Positions 25,956-39,757 of a DNA stretch of 64,000 bases are shown in pieces. The DNA is from Octopus sinensis. Its lineage: Eukaryota. The position numbers were made by a program, and so were the translations under genes. Where the stretch lies: positions 12,536,464-12,600,463 of the forward strand of contig NC_043011.1 of NCBI RefSeq assembly GCF_006345805.1. Direction: 5' to 3'. The number at the start of each line of letters is the position of its first letter. Position 1 is the stretch's first letter. The notes beneath the pieces are model-generated. The model worked only from the letters and a program-made list of their open reading frames with translations, was not told where the DNA came from and did no database searches.

Positions 25956-26290
25956 AGGCGCATGGCTCAGTGGTTAGAGCGTCGAGCTTACGATCGTGAG
26001 GTTGTGAGCTCGAATCTCAGACCGGGCTGCATGTTGAGTTCTTGAGCAAAACACTTTATTTCACATTGCTCCAGTTCACTCAGCTGTAGAAATGAGTTGC
26101 GACGTCACAGGTGCCAAGCTGTATCGGCCCCTTTGCTTTCCCTTGGATAACACTGGTGGCATGGAGAGGGGAGGCTGGTATGCATGGGCGACTGCTGGTC
26201 TTCCATAAACAACCTTGCCCGGACTTGTGCCTAGGAGGGTAACTTTCTAGGTGCAATCCCATGGTCTGTGTCATGACCGAAGAGGGTCTC
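25956..26290 (+). mobile_element. tRNA-derived SINE (Nin-domain-like family)
   Basis: tggctcagtggttagagcgtcgagcttacgatcgtgaggttgtgagctcgaatc head followed by gttcttgagcaaaacactttatttcacattgctccagttcactcagctg. Second copy at 34503-34820. Confidence 0.75.
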
Positions 26291-26299
26291 AGATTCTTC

Positions 26300-26720
26300 T
26301 GTAGTGGTGGATTCTGGTTAGGGCTCATTTCATTTTTCTATTAAATATGTGTACGGGGTTTGTTTCCTGAGATTGCGTAAACTCTATAATTAGTTTTGAT
26401 GCTGTTTAATTTAGATGTCTAGAAAGGATCTTTATTTCAACATTTTTTTATTGATCCATTGTACCATTTCTGTATGGAATGTTGATATAAGATGAATGTT
26501 TGTTCCTTAATCATCCTGCAATCCTTGTACTCAAACTATGGATAATTTCTCCCATTTAGACTGTGGTGGTGTCCCTTCATTGCCTTCCTATGAATCTCAT
26601 GTGGTGTCTACATTTCTAGTGTTTCAGTTTATCACTGGTTATGTTGTGCACAATCAGCAGTTGTTGCCAGTGCAAAGTGTTTTCTTAACTGAATTTGGCT
26701 TACATAGTATTTACTTGATG
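26300..26720 (-). mobile_element. Possible Penelope-like element 3' remnant
   Basis: Degenerate GIY-YIG-C-terminus-like frame (NVEIKILSRH...KLIIEF...NP), a decayed GAAACACTAG hammerhead segment and a cccatttagac motif resembling the flank at ~43120. Confidence 0.35.
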
Positions 26721-26799
26721 GATCAGCCTATTTCTTTCTATTACTCTAGTGTTTAAGTTTTGTGTCATATAATAATTTAAATTTATAGACTAATTTCCC

Positions 26800-27290
26800 T
26801 CTGGGTGTAATATTAATAAATACTTCCCTGGTTATGGACACATTGAAACTCCGACGTCTGGCAGCTGACTTGGCAGACACCCATAAAATTATTAACCATC
26901 TTACAAACAATAACTCTGACCACCTTTTCAAACTCCACCTGTCTAACACCTGTGGACATGTTTACAGAGTCAGAAAACAGCAAAGCTCCCATGACTTTCA
27001 GAAACATTTTTTCACACTAAGAATTGCTGAAGCATGGAACAGACTGCTGGCATCAGTTGTTAGTTGTCGAAGCACTGCATCCTTCAAAACTTCCATGCTT
27101 TCTGAGATTCGCCAACACTACACCTGATTTTCTCCCCTCCATACACACTCAAGCATGTATCTGACTCATACACTGTTCGCTCTCCAGACATTTGTACATT
27201 ACTGCATATACTTTATATGCGCTTTTTGACAGGTTGTGGTGCACCTGAGCACTGTATACAATAATTTCATTATTATTATTATTATTATTA
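26800..27290 (+). mobile_element. CR1-clade LINE 3' fragment with (ATT)n tail
   Basis: LKLRRLAADLADTHKII...TCGH..RVRKQQS..DFQKHFFTLRIAEAWNRL..SVV...STASFK is the typical CR1 ORF2 C-terminus; the tail is attattatt. Confidence 0.88.
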
Positions 27291-27922
27291 TCAAATCTGG
27301 TAATTTGCTTTGCAATAACAAGAGTTTTTCTAGTCCAGCTTTAATCCTTTTAGATTTCTAATCTGTTCCAGAATTTTCCCAGCTACATAGAGCAGATTCC
27401 ATTTGTATTGTTGTTGATGCACAACATACATTTCATTTTCATTAGAATATCAACCTTAAAAACACACACATTTTCCACAAACTCTTTTCCAGAAAACTCT
27501 TGCCAATTTGCATCAAAACCATGCCCAGAGACAATGTTTTGGTACCAATCTTCTGTTTCACTATAACCAGAAACCAGATGTGTCTATGCACCTCCAACTA
27601 TAGAGAGCAGTCACCATATTTCATTTCATAACGGCTACCTCTGATGAGTGCAGGATTACATAATCAGACTGTTATAACCCACACATGACTGGAATTCTCT
27701 TTCCTTAGCATAGTACATTGTGCATAGAAAAATTCAAAATTTTTTAAAGTAGAAAAATTTTTTTTAATTTTCTGTGTCCACACTCCCTAAATTTTGGCGT
27801 AAGTGGGAAGAATTTTCAACTGTCCCAGTTGGATCCTGAGAGCAAAACCAAATGGTAAGATCGGCCATAATGGATATATGATACTGTACACTTTAGATAA
27901 TATATCCACTCTGTTGACACTT

Positions 27923-28050
<128 letters not shown>

Positions 28051-28449
28051 ATATGCGCATGTGTATGCATTTATTACAGGGTAAGGAAAATAACTCCCAC
28101 ATACATGATGTGTGTACTTATATATCTCTATATATATAAATGGCAAAATGTCAGCGTGCATGTCCTTTATACAAATCCACAATTTTTCAGTTAGAGGGCT
28201 CGCACTTTCTATGGTCATTCAAAACTGTCCAAGGGTGGTCGTGCACATCTTTACATTTCCCAGTCACCCCGCAAAGCCATTAAAAAATCAATACAAGTGA
28301 CTTTTTTGTGAATTTTCTATCCAAAACCCAATCAAAATGCCCGAAACCTGATACGCCAATTGAATGCCAGCTAGCTGTATGTGATTGGTCGGAGATTTGG
28401 ACAGTACTCGCGTGTATGTGCGCACACACGCAACCAGGTCATTGTGGTA

Positions 28450-28487
<38 letters not shown>

Positions 28488-28974
28488 GTGTATATGTAAA
28501 ATAAACAAGTGATTTCACACTAACCCAAGACAAGCAAAGATAGCAGGGTTCCCAGGGTATGCCCCCAGAAACAAGCTTGTAACTCTGAGGCAATTGTCAA
28601 ATTGACAAATGTATGCATGTTTAAGTTAAGCCAAGGGATATAACCCCCACACAAATGAAATTCTCTCTCCTTAGCATAGAACATTGTGCATAGAAAAATT
28701 TAAAAAATGTTTCTGTGTCCATACTCCCTAGTTTCTGGTGGAAGTGGGAAGAATTTTCAAATGTGCCAGTTGATTTTTTTGAAATGGAATCACAAACCTT
28801 GGCCAGTCTGATGAGAGTTCAGCTTTTTCACACTCCATAAAAAAATTAAATTTGTAAAAATGCCAGTATCAGACCTAACCTGAAAATTAAATGCATTTAT
28901 ATTGAATCAGTAATGTGTGTGCGTGTGTGTGTGTCTAAGAGAGAGAGAGAGAGTGAAAGAGAGAGAGAGAGAGT

Positions 28975-29014
<40 letters not shown>

Positions 29015-29670
29015 GTATGTGCTTGGAAATGGATGAATGAATGTATATGTGTGTATGTCTGTGCACACATACATACACACACACACACACACATAACATA
29101 AGAAGATATTTGCTGACTGTGCCACTATGAAATACTAATACATTGGACAAGTGTCTTCTTCTATAGCCCTGGGCTAACTAAAACCTTGAGAGGGTTTTTG
29201 TATATTTTATATATGCATACATGAATGCGTGTGTATTTGTGTGTGTTTGTCTTCACATCATGCAATGGTGGTAAGTCTCCAGACGTCTGTGGAAATTTGG
29301 AAGCAAGTGAGAGTCGGTGAGAAGAAAGAAAATCTAGCCCTAGAAAATCTGTCCCAACCGATTCCATATGGCTCATGCAAGCATGGAAGAATTAGAAGTA
29401 AAAGCGGTGCAGGTCACTTGAGAGCAACACTGGTAACATGTAGCCCTGTGTGACTTGTTGCATGCTCAGATCATTGCTGACTAAACTGGCAGCGTGTCAA
29501 GTTTGCATGGAGAGGAGGGTGGTTTTGGACACCCAGATTGATGAAAAATATATATTACAGTAATTGGATTAATAATCTGATCAAAGAAATGTTTTATTAT
29601 CTTTGATTGCTTACAGTTTGTCAAACTAAAGCAAATTGAATCTGAAACTGCAAATGAGTCTGTAGTTGGG

Positions 29671-30090
29671 TTACTCTTTTACTCTTTTACTCTTTTACTT
29701 GTTTCAGTCATTTGACTGCGGCCATGCTGGAGCACCGCCTTTAGTCAAGCAAATCGACCCGGGACTTATTCTTTGTAAGCCCAGTACTTATTCTATCGGA
29801 CTCTTTTTGCCGAACCGCTAAGTGACGGGGACGTAAACACACCAGCATCGGTTGTCAAGCAATGCTAGGGGGGAAAAACACAGGCACACAAACACACACA
29901 CACACATATATATATATACATATATACGACAGGCTTCTTTCAGTTTCCGTCTACCAAATCCACTCACAAAGCTTTGGTCGGCCCGAGGCTATAGTAGAAG
30001 ACACTTGCCCAAGATGCCATGCAGTGGGACTGAACCCGGAACCATCTGGCTGGTTAGCAAGCTACTTACCACACAGCCACTCCTGCGCCT
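29671..30090 (-). mobile_element. Full-length family A CORE-type SINE
   Basis: Head aggcgcaggaggtggctgtgtggtaag-type sequence with A/B boxes through to the (GTAAAAGA)n tail. Confidence 0.9.
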
Positions 30091-30602
30091 CCTGGGTTAA
30101 ATATATATTTAACACAATGAAGTATGACCCGGAAAACGAGTTTATTTTGTTAGCTTTTGTCAAAATTTCAATCGGTGTGCAAAAAATCTAAAACACTTTA
30201 ATCCTTTATCATTCAGATAACTCTGTCAAATAGAATGCTTATTTATTTACATTGTGCTGAATTAATAATGCATCATATAGCTTTGAGATTTCAACGATAC
30301 GATTGTTTATTTTTAGACTGACATTGTGTAATAGGTGTGGGAGGCTGGCTCTGATCAGTTTGAACATAAAGCAGGCAGAATATTTGGGCTAGATATGGTC
30401 AGTTTAGATACTAAAGATTTAAGAACATAACTAAATTTAGATGTAACAAAACTTGTTCCCCTACAACAATAATTTAGCCAAAATAAGCATTCAAATTTCA
30501 GCCAAATGCAAAGACTGCTAACATTAACTTCTTTGTTGATAGAATTAAGAAACAAACAAAGGTTTACAACCCAACATTGAAAAAAAATGCAAAAGATATA
30601 TA

Positions 30603-30985
30603 TTCTTTTACTTGTTTCAGTCATTTGACTGTGGCCATGCTGGAGCACCACCTTTAGTCGAACAAATTGACCCCAGAACTTATTCTTTGTAAGCCTAGTA
30701 CTTATTCTATCGGTCTTTTTGTCGAACCTCTAAGTTACGGGGACGTAAACACCAGAATCAGTTGTCAAGCGATGTTGGGGGGACAAACACAGGCACACAA
30801 ACATATACACACATATACATATATACAACGGGCTTCTTTCAGTTTCTGTCTACCAAATCCACTCACAAGGCTTTGGTCGGCCCGAGGCTACAGTAGAAGA
30901 CACTTGCCCAAGGTGCCACACAGTGGGACTGAACCCAGAACCATGTGGTTTGTAAGCAAGCTACTTACCACACAGCCACTTCTAC
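30603..30985 (-). mobile_element. Family A CORE-type SINE
   Basis: Homologous to 29671-30090. Confidence 0.85.
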
Positions 30986-31104
30986 ACCTATATAAACAAT
31001 CGTGAGTTCAATTCCTAGACCAGCTCCTCAAATGCTGTCAAACCACCCAACCCATGTCAGCATGGGAAACAGACATTAAACAATGACGATGACAACAAGT
31101 ACAT

Positions 31105-31131
31105 ACGTACGTACGTATGTATGTATGTATG

Positions 31132-31165
<34 letters not shown>

Positions 31166-31181
31166 TGTATGTATGTATGTG

Positions 31182-31213
<32 letters not shown>

Positions 31214-31376
31214 TGCATGTATGTATGTATGTATGTATGTATGTACGTATGTACGTATGTATATATGTATGTATGTATGCATGTATGTATGTATGCATGC
31301 ATGCATGCATGTATGTATGTATGTATGTATGTATGTATGTATGTATGTATGTATGTATGTATGTATGTATGTATAG
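31105..31376. repeat. (ATGT)n tetranucleotide tract
   Basis: Direct reading. Confidence 0.95.
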
Positions 31377-32114
31377 ACTAAAATGCCATAGCTGTGGAAA
31401 ATTGAAATATTTTCATAAATATTGTTGAGGAATTCCTGATAATTCTGAACAGGTTTATGATGTAAAAGACATGTAAAATGATAATAAAATAGACAAAAAT
31501 TACATAACATTAACTGCTAATTAAATATTAATTCAAGTCATCATCATCATCATCATCATCATCATTTAACATGCTGGCATGGATTGGACGGTTTGACCAG
31601 AGCTGACAACTTGGGGAGCTGCTCCAGACTCCAGTCTGATTAGGCATGGTTTCTACAGTTGGATGCCCATCCTAATACCAACCACTTTACAGAGTGTGCT
31701 GGAGGCTTTTACAAGTGCTTTTACTTAGTGCTACATGGGTGCTTTTACATGCAGTCACATGGCCACTTTAACGTGGCACCACATGGACGTTTTTAAAAAT
31801 CACCATGAAATCTTCATCTATAAATTATATTGATATTTCTAAAGAGCTATATATGAGTGCCAGGTAGTTCATAATTATTGGTTCGTCCAAAAGACAGTTA
31901 CCAACCGATGTTAAACTATGAATGTGGCTGTTAACAGTTATCATCTAATGTTAAGCTATGTAAAAGTAGTAAGTTTTGATGGTTGGAATTATGAACTCAT
32001 GGGTGTAGCAAAATAGAACATGGTTAATTACTAAAAGTCATGTATTTGTTTTTTTAAAAGGCATTGGTTAAGTGTTTCAGGTATTTTTTCTAACCTCAAT
32101 AAAACAACATCAAC

Positions 32115-33082
32115 AATATAAAGATAGAAGGAACTTGATTTTGTTCTGTGAAGCCACTTCACAATCTCCTAATGCAAGATGCAAGAATTAATTTTCAAAT
32201 TTAGGAAAACTGTAAATTATAGGCGCAGGAGTGGCTGTGTGGTAAGTAGCTTGCTTACCAACCACATGGTTCCGGGTTCAGTCCCACTGCGTGGCACCTT
32301 GGGCAAGGGTCTTATACCATAGCCTCGGGCTGACCAAAGCCTTGTGAGTGGATTTGGTAGACGGAAACTGAAAGAAGCCCATCGTATATATGTATATATA
32401 TATATATATATGTGTGTGTTCGTGTATGTTTGTGTTTGTTCCCCTAGCATTGCTTGACAATTGATGCTGGTGTGTTTATGTCCCCGTCACTTAGCGGTTT
32501 GGCAAAAGTGACCAATAGAGTAGGTGCTGGGCTTACAATGAATCAGTCCCAGGGTTGATTTGCTCGACTAAAGGCGGTGCTCCAGCATGGCCGCAGTCAA
32601 ATGACTGAAACAAGTAAAAGAGTAAAAGAGTAATATAAAGATAGAAGGAACTTGATTTTGTTCTGTGAAGCCATTTCACAATCTCCTAATGCAAGATACA
32701 AGAATTAATTTTAAAATTTAGGAAAACTGTAAATTATAGGCACAGGAGTGGCTGTGTGGTAAGTAGCTTGCTTACCAACCACATGGTTCCGGGTTCAGTC
32801 CCACTGCGTGGCACCTTGGGCAAGTGTCTTTTACTATAGCCTCGGGCCAACCAAAGCCTTGTGAGTGGATTTGGTAGATGGAAACTGAAAGAAGCCTGTC
32901 GTATATAAGCATATATATATGCGTGTGTGTATTTGTTCCCCTAGCATTGCTTGACAACCGATGCTGGTGTGTTTATGTCCCCGTTACTTAGCGGTTCGGC
33001 AAAAGAGACCGATTAAAGGCGGTGCTCCAGCATGGCCGCAGTCAAATGACTGAAACAAGTAAAGGAGTAAAAGAGTAAAGAG
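32115..33082 (+). repeat. Tandem duplication of ~105 bp of unique flank plus a family A SINE (period 517 bp)
   Basis: aatataaagatagaaggaacttgattttgttctgtgaagcca...aaattatagg(c)gcaggag starts at 32115 and at 32632. SINEs lie at 32220-32631 and 32737-33082. Confidence 0.88.
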
Positions 33083-33129
33083 TATGATATCATAAATTTA
33101 TTCCAGATTTGAGAATACTATTTGTCTAG

Positions 33130-33880
33130 GTAAGAAAATCAAAAAGGAAACAGAATGTGCACTGATTATAAAGTTTGTGTCAAGAAGAGTCAAACATATT
33201 CTTATCTTTCTTCAAATATTGAAACAGTATTTAACAAATATGTTGCATGCTATGAATTTCTCTACTTTAGACTTGAAGAGCACTTATTGGTAAACCGAAT
33301 TGGACTAAGAGTCAAGAAAGCTGTGTGCTATAAATACAAGTGGTGGCCTTTATTTAGTAAATCAGCTGTAAATGGGATTAAAGAACAGTTGTTCTATATT
33401 TCAGCATTGCATAGAATCTCTATTTAAAGTGCATAAAAAGTGTTTTTATATACCAAGATGGCATTTTGGTTTATGCTTCTTGAGAATAACATAACATTAC
33501 AAGCATTGATTTCATAGAAGTGAATATTTCAAAGGACTTTTAGAAAAGGAAATGGACTATTGTGTTCTGAATCAAAGGAAGATATTTCAAGATATTTCAA
33601 CTTGATATATATATTATTATTGAAGATTTATTCCCAACTTTTCTTCTGATATCAAAGCTACTGCTGAAGTAAAAGAAAGTTTTATAAGGAAGCATGTGAC
33701 TACACTGAGGCACTTTAACCACTTTTCCTATATTTTGATAATTTTGAGTTGATAAAGACATTTTTTCTAACAGTTAATGCATCACAACAAAATGTGCTGA
33801 CATTTACTCGAGGAAGGTGGGTTGAGTGTTTATATCAGACAAGCATTAGAGTCTTACAACAGCCACAGGAGTAATAAAAA
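33130..33880 (+). mobile_element. Possible highly decayed hAT transposase remnant
   Basis: VLTFTRGRWVECLYQTSIRVLQQ (~33790-33860) resembles the hAT TRW motif region; the rest is fragmentary. Confidence 0.3.
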
Positions 33881-33999
33881 ATAAACTTGAATCATGGCAG
33901 CTTATGCAACCCTTGACAGCTTAAAAAACATATATGTATAATATATATAAATAATATATATACATATGTACGTATAACATACATATATATAGCATACAT

Positions 34000-34060
<61 letters not shown>

Positions 34061-34458
34061 ATTTAAAATTTAATAAGGGTAGAAATTGATATTAATCAAT
34101 TAAAACCAGTGGCCCAGCATATCAAAGAATCCGAAGATTAAAATAGATTAAACTTTTTGAGTGGTCAGTCCTTAAAATTTTGTATGTATATATATATATA
34201 TATATATACATTCATACACATATATATATATAGTATATATAAATGTATAATATAGATACATACATACATGGTGCGATATGAACATTTAAGGTAGTTTTTA
34301 GAGTCAGGGATTTGACTGCTATTTCAGCATGGTGGTGTCTCTCAGACACCCTTATTTATAGTTGTAAAAAATTATTACCTTTGTATGGTATTTATTCCCA
34401 TGCTGGCCACTTGATAATATCGATATTTAAATATCGATATTATCCTTATTTATAAATC

Positions 34459-34502
<44 letters not shown>

Positions 34503-34504
<2 letters not shown>

Positions 34505-34819
34505 TGCATGGCTCAGTGGTTAGAGTGTCGAGCTTACAGTCATGAGGTTGCAAGTTCAAATCCCTGACCAGGCTGTGTGTTGTGTTCTTGAGCAAAACAC
34601 TTTATTTCACATTGCTCCAGTTCACTCAGCTGTAGAAATGCGTTGCAATGTCACAGATGCCAAGCTGCATCGGCCCCTTTGCTTTTCCCTTGGATAACAC
34701 TGGTGGTGTGGAGAGGGGAGATCGGTATGCATGGGTGACTGCTGGTCTTCCATAAGCAACCTTGTCCGGACTTGTGCCTGGCAGGCTAACTTTCCAGGTG
34801 CAATCCCTGAAAGGGGTCT

Positions 34820-34820
<1 letters not shown>
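34503..34820 (+). mobile_element. tRNA-derived SINE (Nin-domain-like family)
   Basis: Homologous to 25956-26290. Confidence 0.75.
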
Positions 34821-34859
<39 letters not shown>

Positions 34860-35045
34860 CTGTACTCCATTTTTTTGTTGTTTTTAAAAAAATGTCCAGT
34901 TCCTTTGGTTTGTGTCTATGTTTTCGTTTCTCTTTGTGTTCGACGTCCCTTTGGTGTCCTGTACTCATATATGCGTGTATATGTACATGTAGAGGTAGGT
35001 ACGTACATATATATTTATATATATGCATATGTTTTATTTCATTTA

Positions 35046-35123
<78 letters not shown>

Positions 35124-35256
35124 GCATGTAATTTTGTCAGTGAACAGGTCACGGTCTCAAAGCAAAGAAAATATTTTGACAAATTAAATTTAAATGTTGA
35201 AATGAATCTAACGGTTTTTGTGTTTTTAAATGGCTTATAAACACCTTCCATGTGGC

Positions 35257-35312
<56 letters not shown>

Positions 35313-35616
35313 TGATGATGGGTTACTATCCAGAAACCCAGGTCCATGTGTATCACATCAGGCTAGAGATGGGAACGATGGTTTCCCTTCACAAATACTG
35401 ATTGGGCACAGACAGTGTGTCATTAGCCAGCTGGAGGTGATGTCTTCCTGGGGCTATAAACTGCAGTAGCATCATCCCACATGAGTCATTCACATTTATG
35501 TGGTAAATATACTTCATGATGTCATGCTGCTACTGTCTACATCTCAATCAGAGATTTATTATTGCTTGTTTCTCCTTTTTCGAGATCAGTGACTGTTTGT
35601 CACTGGAAAAAGCATA

Positions 35617-35783
35617 TAGGTGCAGGAGTGGCTGTGTGGTAAGTAGCTTGTTTACCAACCACATGGTTCTGGGTTCAGTCCCACTGCGTGGCACCTTGGG
35701 CAAGTGTCTTCTACTATAGCCTCGGACCGACCAAAGCCTTTGGAGTGGATTTGGTAGACGGAAACTGAAAGAAGCCCGTTGTA

Positions 35784-35833
<50 letters not shown>

Positions 35834-36044
35834 TGTGTGTGTCTATGTTTGTCCTCCTAGCATTGCTTGACAACCGATGCTGGTGTGTTTATGTCCCCGT
35901 CACTTAGCGGTTCGGCAAAAGAGACCGATAGAATAAGTACTGGGCTTACAAAAGAATAAGTCCCGGGGTCGAGTTGCTTGATTAAAGGCAGTGCTCCAGC
36001 ATGGCTGCAGTCAAATGACTGAAACAAGTAAAAGAGTAAAGAGT
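35617..36044 (+). mobile_element. Full-length family A CORE-type SINE
   Basis: Complete head, CORE, internal (TA)n and tail. Confidence 0.9.
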
Positions 36045-36239
36045 GTATAGTATTTTGTGTTTGGAATCATGTCTGATCCTTAGCTGGCAATTGTCACTCT
36101 TCTGAGGTAGTTGTGTTTGGATTTCACTCCCATGTGAGTTGTTGCTTTGTTTGAATTGCTGAATTCATGAATTTGTAATTTATTGAAGTCGTTGGAAGTT
36201 TTGTTTGGCTTTTCCATTATTGGTGAAGCAGTGAATAGC

Positions 36240-36960
36240 AGAAGTATGCAGACCCAGACCGGCAGTTATGCTGTGGTAACAGATAAAAGCCTGACAGTGG
36301 AACTGCTGCAAATACAGGAGCTGGAGGTGAAAAAATATAGATTATAAGATGTTTGACAACCTATCGAAGAAGGCAGGAGGATGTTTGAGATTGACACCTG
36401 CCAAAGAAGTGGCAGAAAATTTCGAAAGAAAAATAATAACCTATCAAACGTTGAACATGGCAACACGGAAAATCGAAATAGCAGCTGTGGAAGAAATAGA
36501 GAAGTGTTTGAAAGACGTTATGGAAGTGACAACTTTCTATAACGGAGGAAGAAAATTTGGCATGGTGGAGGTATGCTGCGTTAATGAGAACAAAGCAAGG
36601 AAGTACTCCATTTTGAAATCGGCACAGTGGGCACTCTTGCCAACTTACTGTGGCAGACGCGCAGCCAGAGTGAGAATAAGGAGAGTGCCACCCGAAATTA
36701 ACTTGGACTGGCTTATGGCAGCCATCCTCTACAACACAGAGGAGAAGGTGAAAATATTGAAAATGTCTAAGACAGTGGAGGTCAATTGGTGGGGTCATGG
36801 CCTAGAGGTAATGGTCCTTATCAGCCTACCTGACCTCCACAAAATGACAGAAGAAATTGTCCTGCCCGATGAGACCAGACTGAGAGTCATGGTGGAGGGT
36901 AGACCAACATATGCTTTAAATACGGAGTAAGGGGGCACATGAAGATAAACTTCTCAATGA
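36240..36960 (+). pseudogene. Non-LTR retrotransposon ORF1 (gag-like) remnant with a decayed zinc knuckle
   Basis: 193-aa ORF 36349-36930 with RRM-like segments (FGMVEVCC, RVRIRRVPPEI, LRVMVEGRP). A frameshift then leads into CFKYGVRGHMKINF, a CX2CX4HX4C knuckle with two C substitutions. No ORF2 follows. Confidence 0.75.
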
Positions 36961-37330
36961 ACTACTTAACAAGTAGTCATTTTATTGCAGTATAACTTTG
37001 AAACTGGCAAAACCATTAGCATATTGGGAAAAATGCTTAGTGGCATTTCGTCCATCTTCAGAGTAAGAGTTTAAATTCCTCCAAGGTCAACTTTTCCTTT
37101 CATCCTTTCAGGATTGATAATAATAAGTACCAGTTGAGCACTGAAGTCAATGTGATCAACTTACACCCTTCTCTGAAGTTGCTGGCCTTGTGCTCAAATT
37201 TGAAACTAAGATAGCTTGTCAATAAAATGGAAAAATAATATTAAACTTCAACTAATATTTTTCACCCACTACATATTCATTCTTACTTTACTTTTTAATG
37301 TACAGTGAATTAAATTCTTTCACCTACCTT

Positions 37331-37366
<36 letters not shown>

Positions 37367-37803
37367 TATCCAGAAGTATGCATGATCTGAGACTAGGTTG
37401 CCTATTCTCGCCCTCCATTCCCAATAACCTTCTAAAATGTATCATTAAAGAAACTGAAAGAATTGGCTCATAAAAGTTTGGTGTTCATTGATGTGCTCTA
37501 CAAAGATATTTGATATGTTAAGCTTAATATCCACAATCTTTAAACAAATTGAAAATATCCACTAAACAAATAGATATAAAAATGGGTCATGAAAATAAAC
37601 GGTATGATGTGCAGTAAGATGCTATCACTTAGCAAAGAAAGTATCATATTGGATGATCCTGGAATAGAATACATCACAGAATTTATGTTTCTTAGCAGTA
37701 CAGAACCAAATAGATCAGAAGACATGAAAAATGCATCTCACTAGTATCTATAGTGCTTAGAAGAGACAAATAAGTACACACATACATACACACACATAAA
37801 TAA

Positions 37804-37839
<36 letters not shown>

Positions 37840-38492
37840 ATGCATGTGTGTGTGTGAATGTATATGTGTGTATCAGGTTGAGTCAAAATTCTTTTCAGAG
37901 TTTCACTGATGATTTTTGGTAACATGTATCACCAAACGGTATCATTAATTCCGTACAACTTGTTTATTCTTTATTTTCACACATAAAATATGAACATTAA
38001 TTGTTTATCCTATATTTTACAGCTTTGATAATGAATGGTGAAAGAATTGTAATTACAGTCATTTTACACAACCTAGCAGCAAAAAAAAAAAAAAAAAAAA
38101 AAAAATTAATGATGATGAAGGCCTAGGAATTGTCAACAAACGTGTGACACAAAACTAGTTCAGATGTTTCAAGGAAGTTAGGTTGGTGAATCGATCATCT
38201 TCTAGGTTTTACCTTGCCTGTTTATGCATGTTTAAAAATTTTACCTGAGCTTGGTGGATTTTATGGTAAGATGTAATCTATAAATGCAACAATAGAATGC
38301 CAGTGAAACAGTTGTAATAGATTTTAAATGACATTTGTGTTCTTTGATGCCTATGCCACACTTGGAATCATATATATATGTATACATTTATGTATATATA
38401 TACATATATATATATATGTATACATATATATATAAGTATACATATATTTATATACATATATATATAAGTATACATATATGTATATATATATG

Positions 38493-38528
<36 letters not shown>

Positions 38529-38609
38529 TGTGTGTGTGTGTGTTTGTGATTGTGTGTGTGTATACATATATGTATATATACGCGAGAAACAAGCAACAAG
38601 AATGGATAG

Positions 38610-38705
38610 GTATTTAGTACGATCGTTTCATACAAGGACAGGTTTTATTAAAAGTTGCAAAGATTACAGCATATAAACGAGTCCCGTACTCATCAGCTAA
38701 AATAC
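38610..38705 (-). ncRNA. Type-I hammerhead ribozyme, left arm
   Basis: Exact mirror of 39662-39757. Confidence 0.7.
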
Positions 38706-39661
38706 ATGTAAGTTCTCTAGACATCCTAGTGTTTGAGGCTATACTCATGAAGTAATGTAGATAATTAAACAGATTTCTAAAGTTCATTAAAGTTCTTTAA
38801 AGATGATGTACAGTCTTATCACAGAATTTTAAAAAAGTTTTGATAGCATCACAGAGAAGGTGACCTAATCCATATGAATTTCCATAGATATGATGAGGGA
38901 TTATATACTCACAGAAGACAAATTTATCCATTGTTAATTACGAGGTGGGTCTCAATTCCTGCTTATTAGCATTACAGAGAGGGTGAATTAATCCTTTGTA
39001 TATATGCACAGATTCCAATGGTGTAGATGTAAATTTCCAGAGAAATGGAGATGAATTTCATATTCACAGGCGATAAATCTTACAATGGTTGAACACAATG
39101 AGGTAGGTATCAATCCTTGTTATATGATTAGGTGTTTGCCACATTAATCACATTACTGCTATTCACAAGAGGCTGTAGAGTTAAATAGCTACAGCCTCTT
39201 GTGAATAGCAGTAATGTGATTAATGTGGCAAACACCTAATCATATAACAAGGATTGATACCTACCTCATTGTGTTCAACCATTGTAAGATTTATCGCCTG
39301 TGAATATGAAATTCATCTCCATTTCTCTGGAAATTTACATCTACACCATTGGAATCTGTGCATATATACAAAGGATTAATTCACCCTCTCTGTAATGCTA
39401 ATAAGCAGGAATTGAGACCCACCTCGTAATTAACAATGGATAAATTTGTCTTCTGTGAGTATATAATCCCTCATCATATCTATGGAAATTCATATGGATT
39501 AGGTCACCTTCTCTGTGATGCTATCAAAACTTTTTTAAAATTCTGTGATAAGACTGTACATCATCTTTAAAGAACTTTAATGAACTTTAGAAATCTGTTT
39601 AATTATCTACATTACTTCATGAGTATAGCCTCAAACACTAGGATGTCTAGAGAACTTACAT

Positions 39662-39757
39662 GTATTTTAGCTGATGAGTACGGGACTCGTTTATATGCTG
39701 TAATCTTTGCAACTTTTAATAAAACCTGTCCTTGTATGAAACGATCGTACTAAATAC
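39662..39757 (+). ncRNA. Type-I hammerhead ribozyme, right arm; predicted GUA cleavage after 39749
   Basis: gtattttag CTGATGA gtacgggac-(~41 nt)-gtccttgtat GAAA C-gatc-G TA ctaaatac. Stem I is 8 bp with one bulge, stem II is 9 bp with one bulge, and stem III is minimal with a palindromic GATC loop. Confidence 0.7.

Noticed and set aside
27640-27700. CTGATGAGTGC motif
   Set aside because: No GAAA/UH elements are present at suitable spacing.
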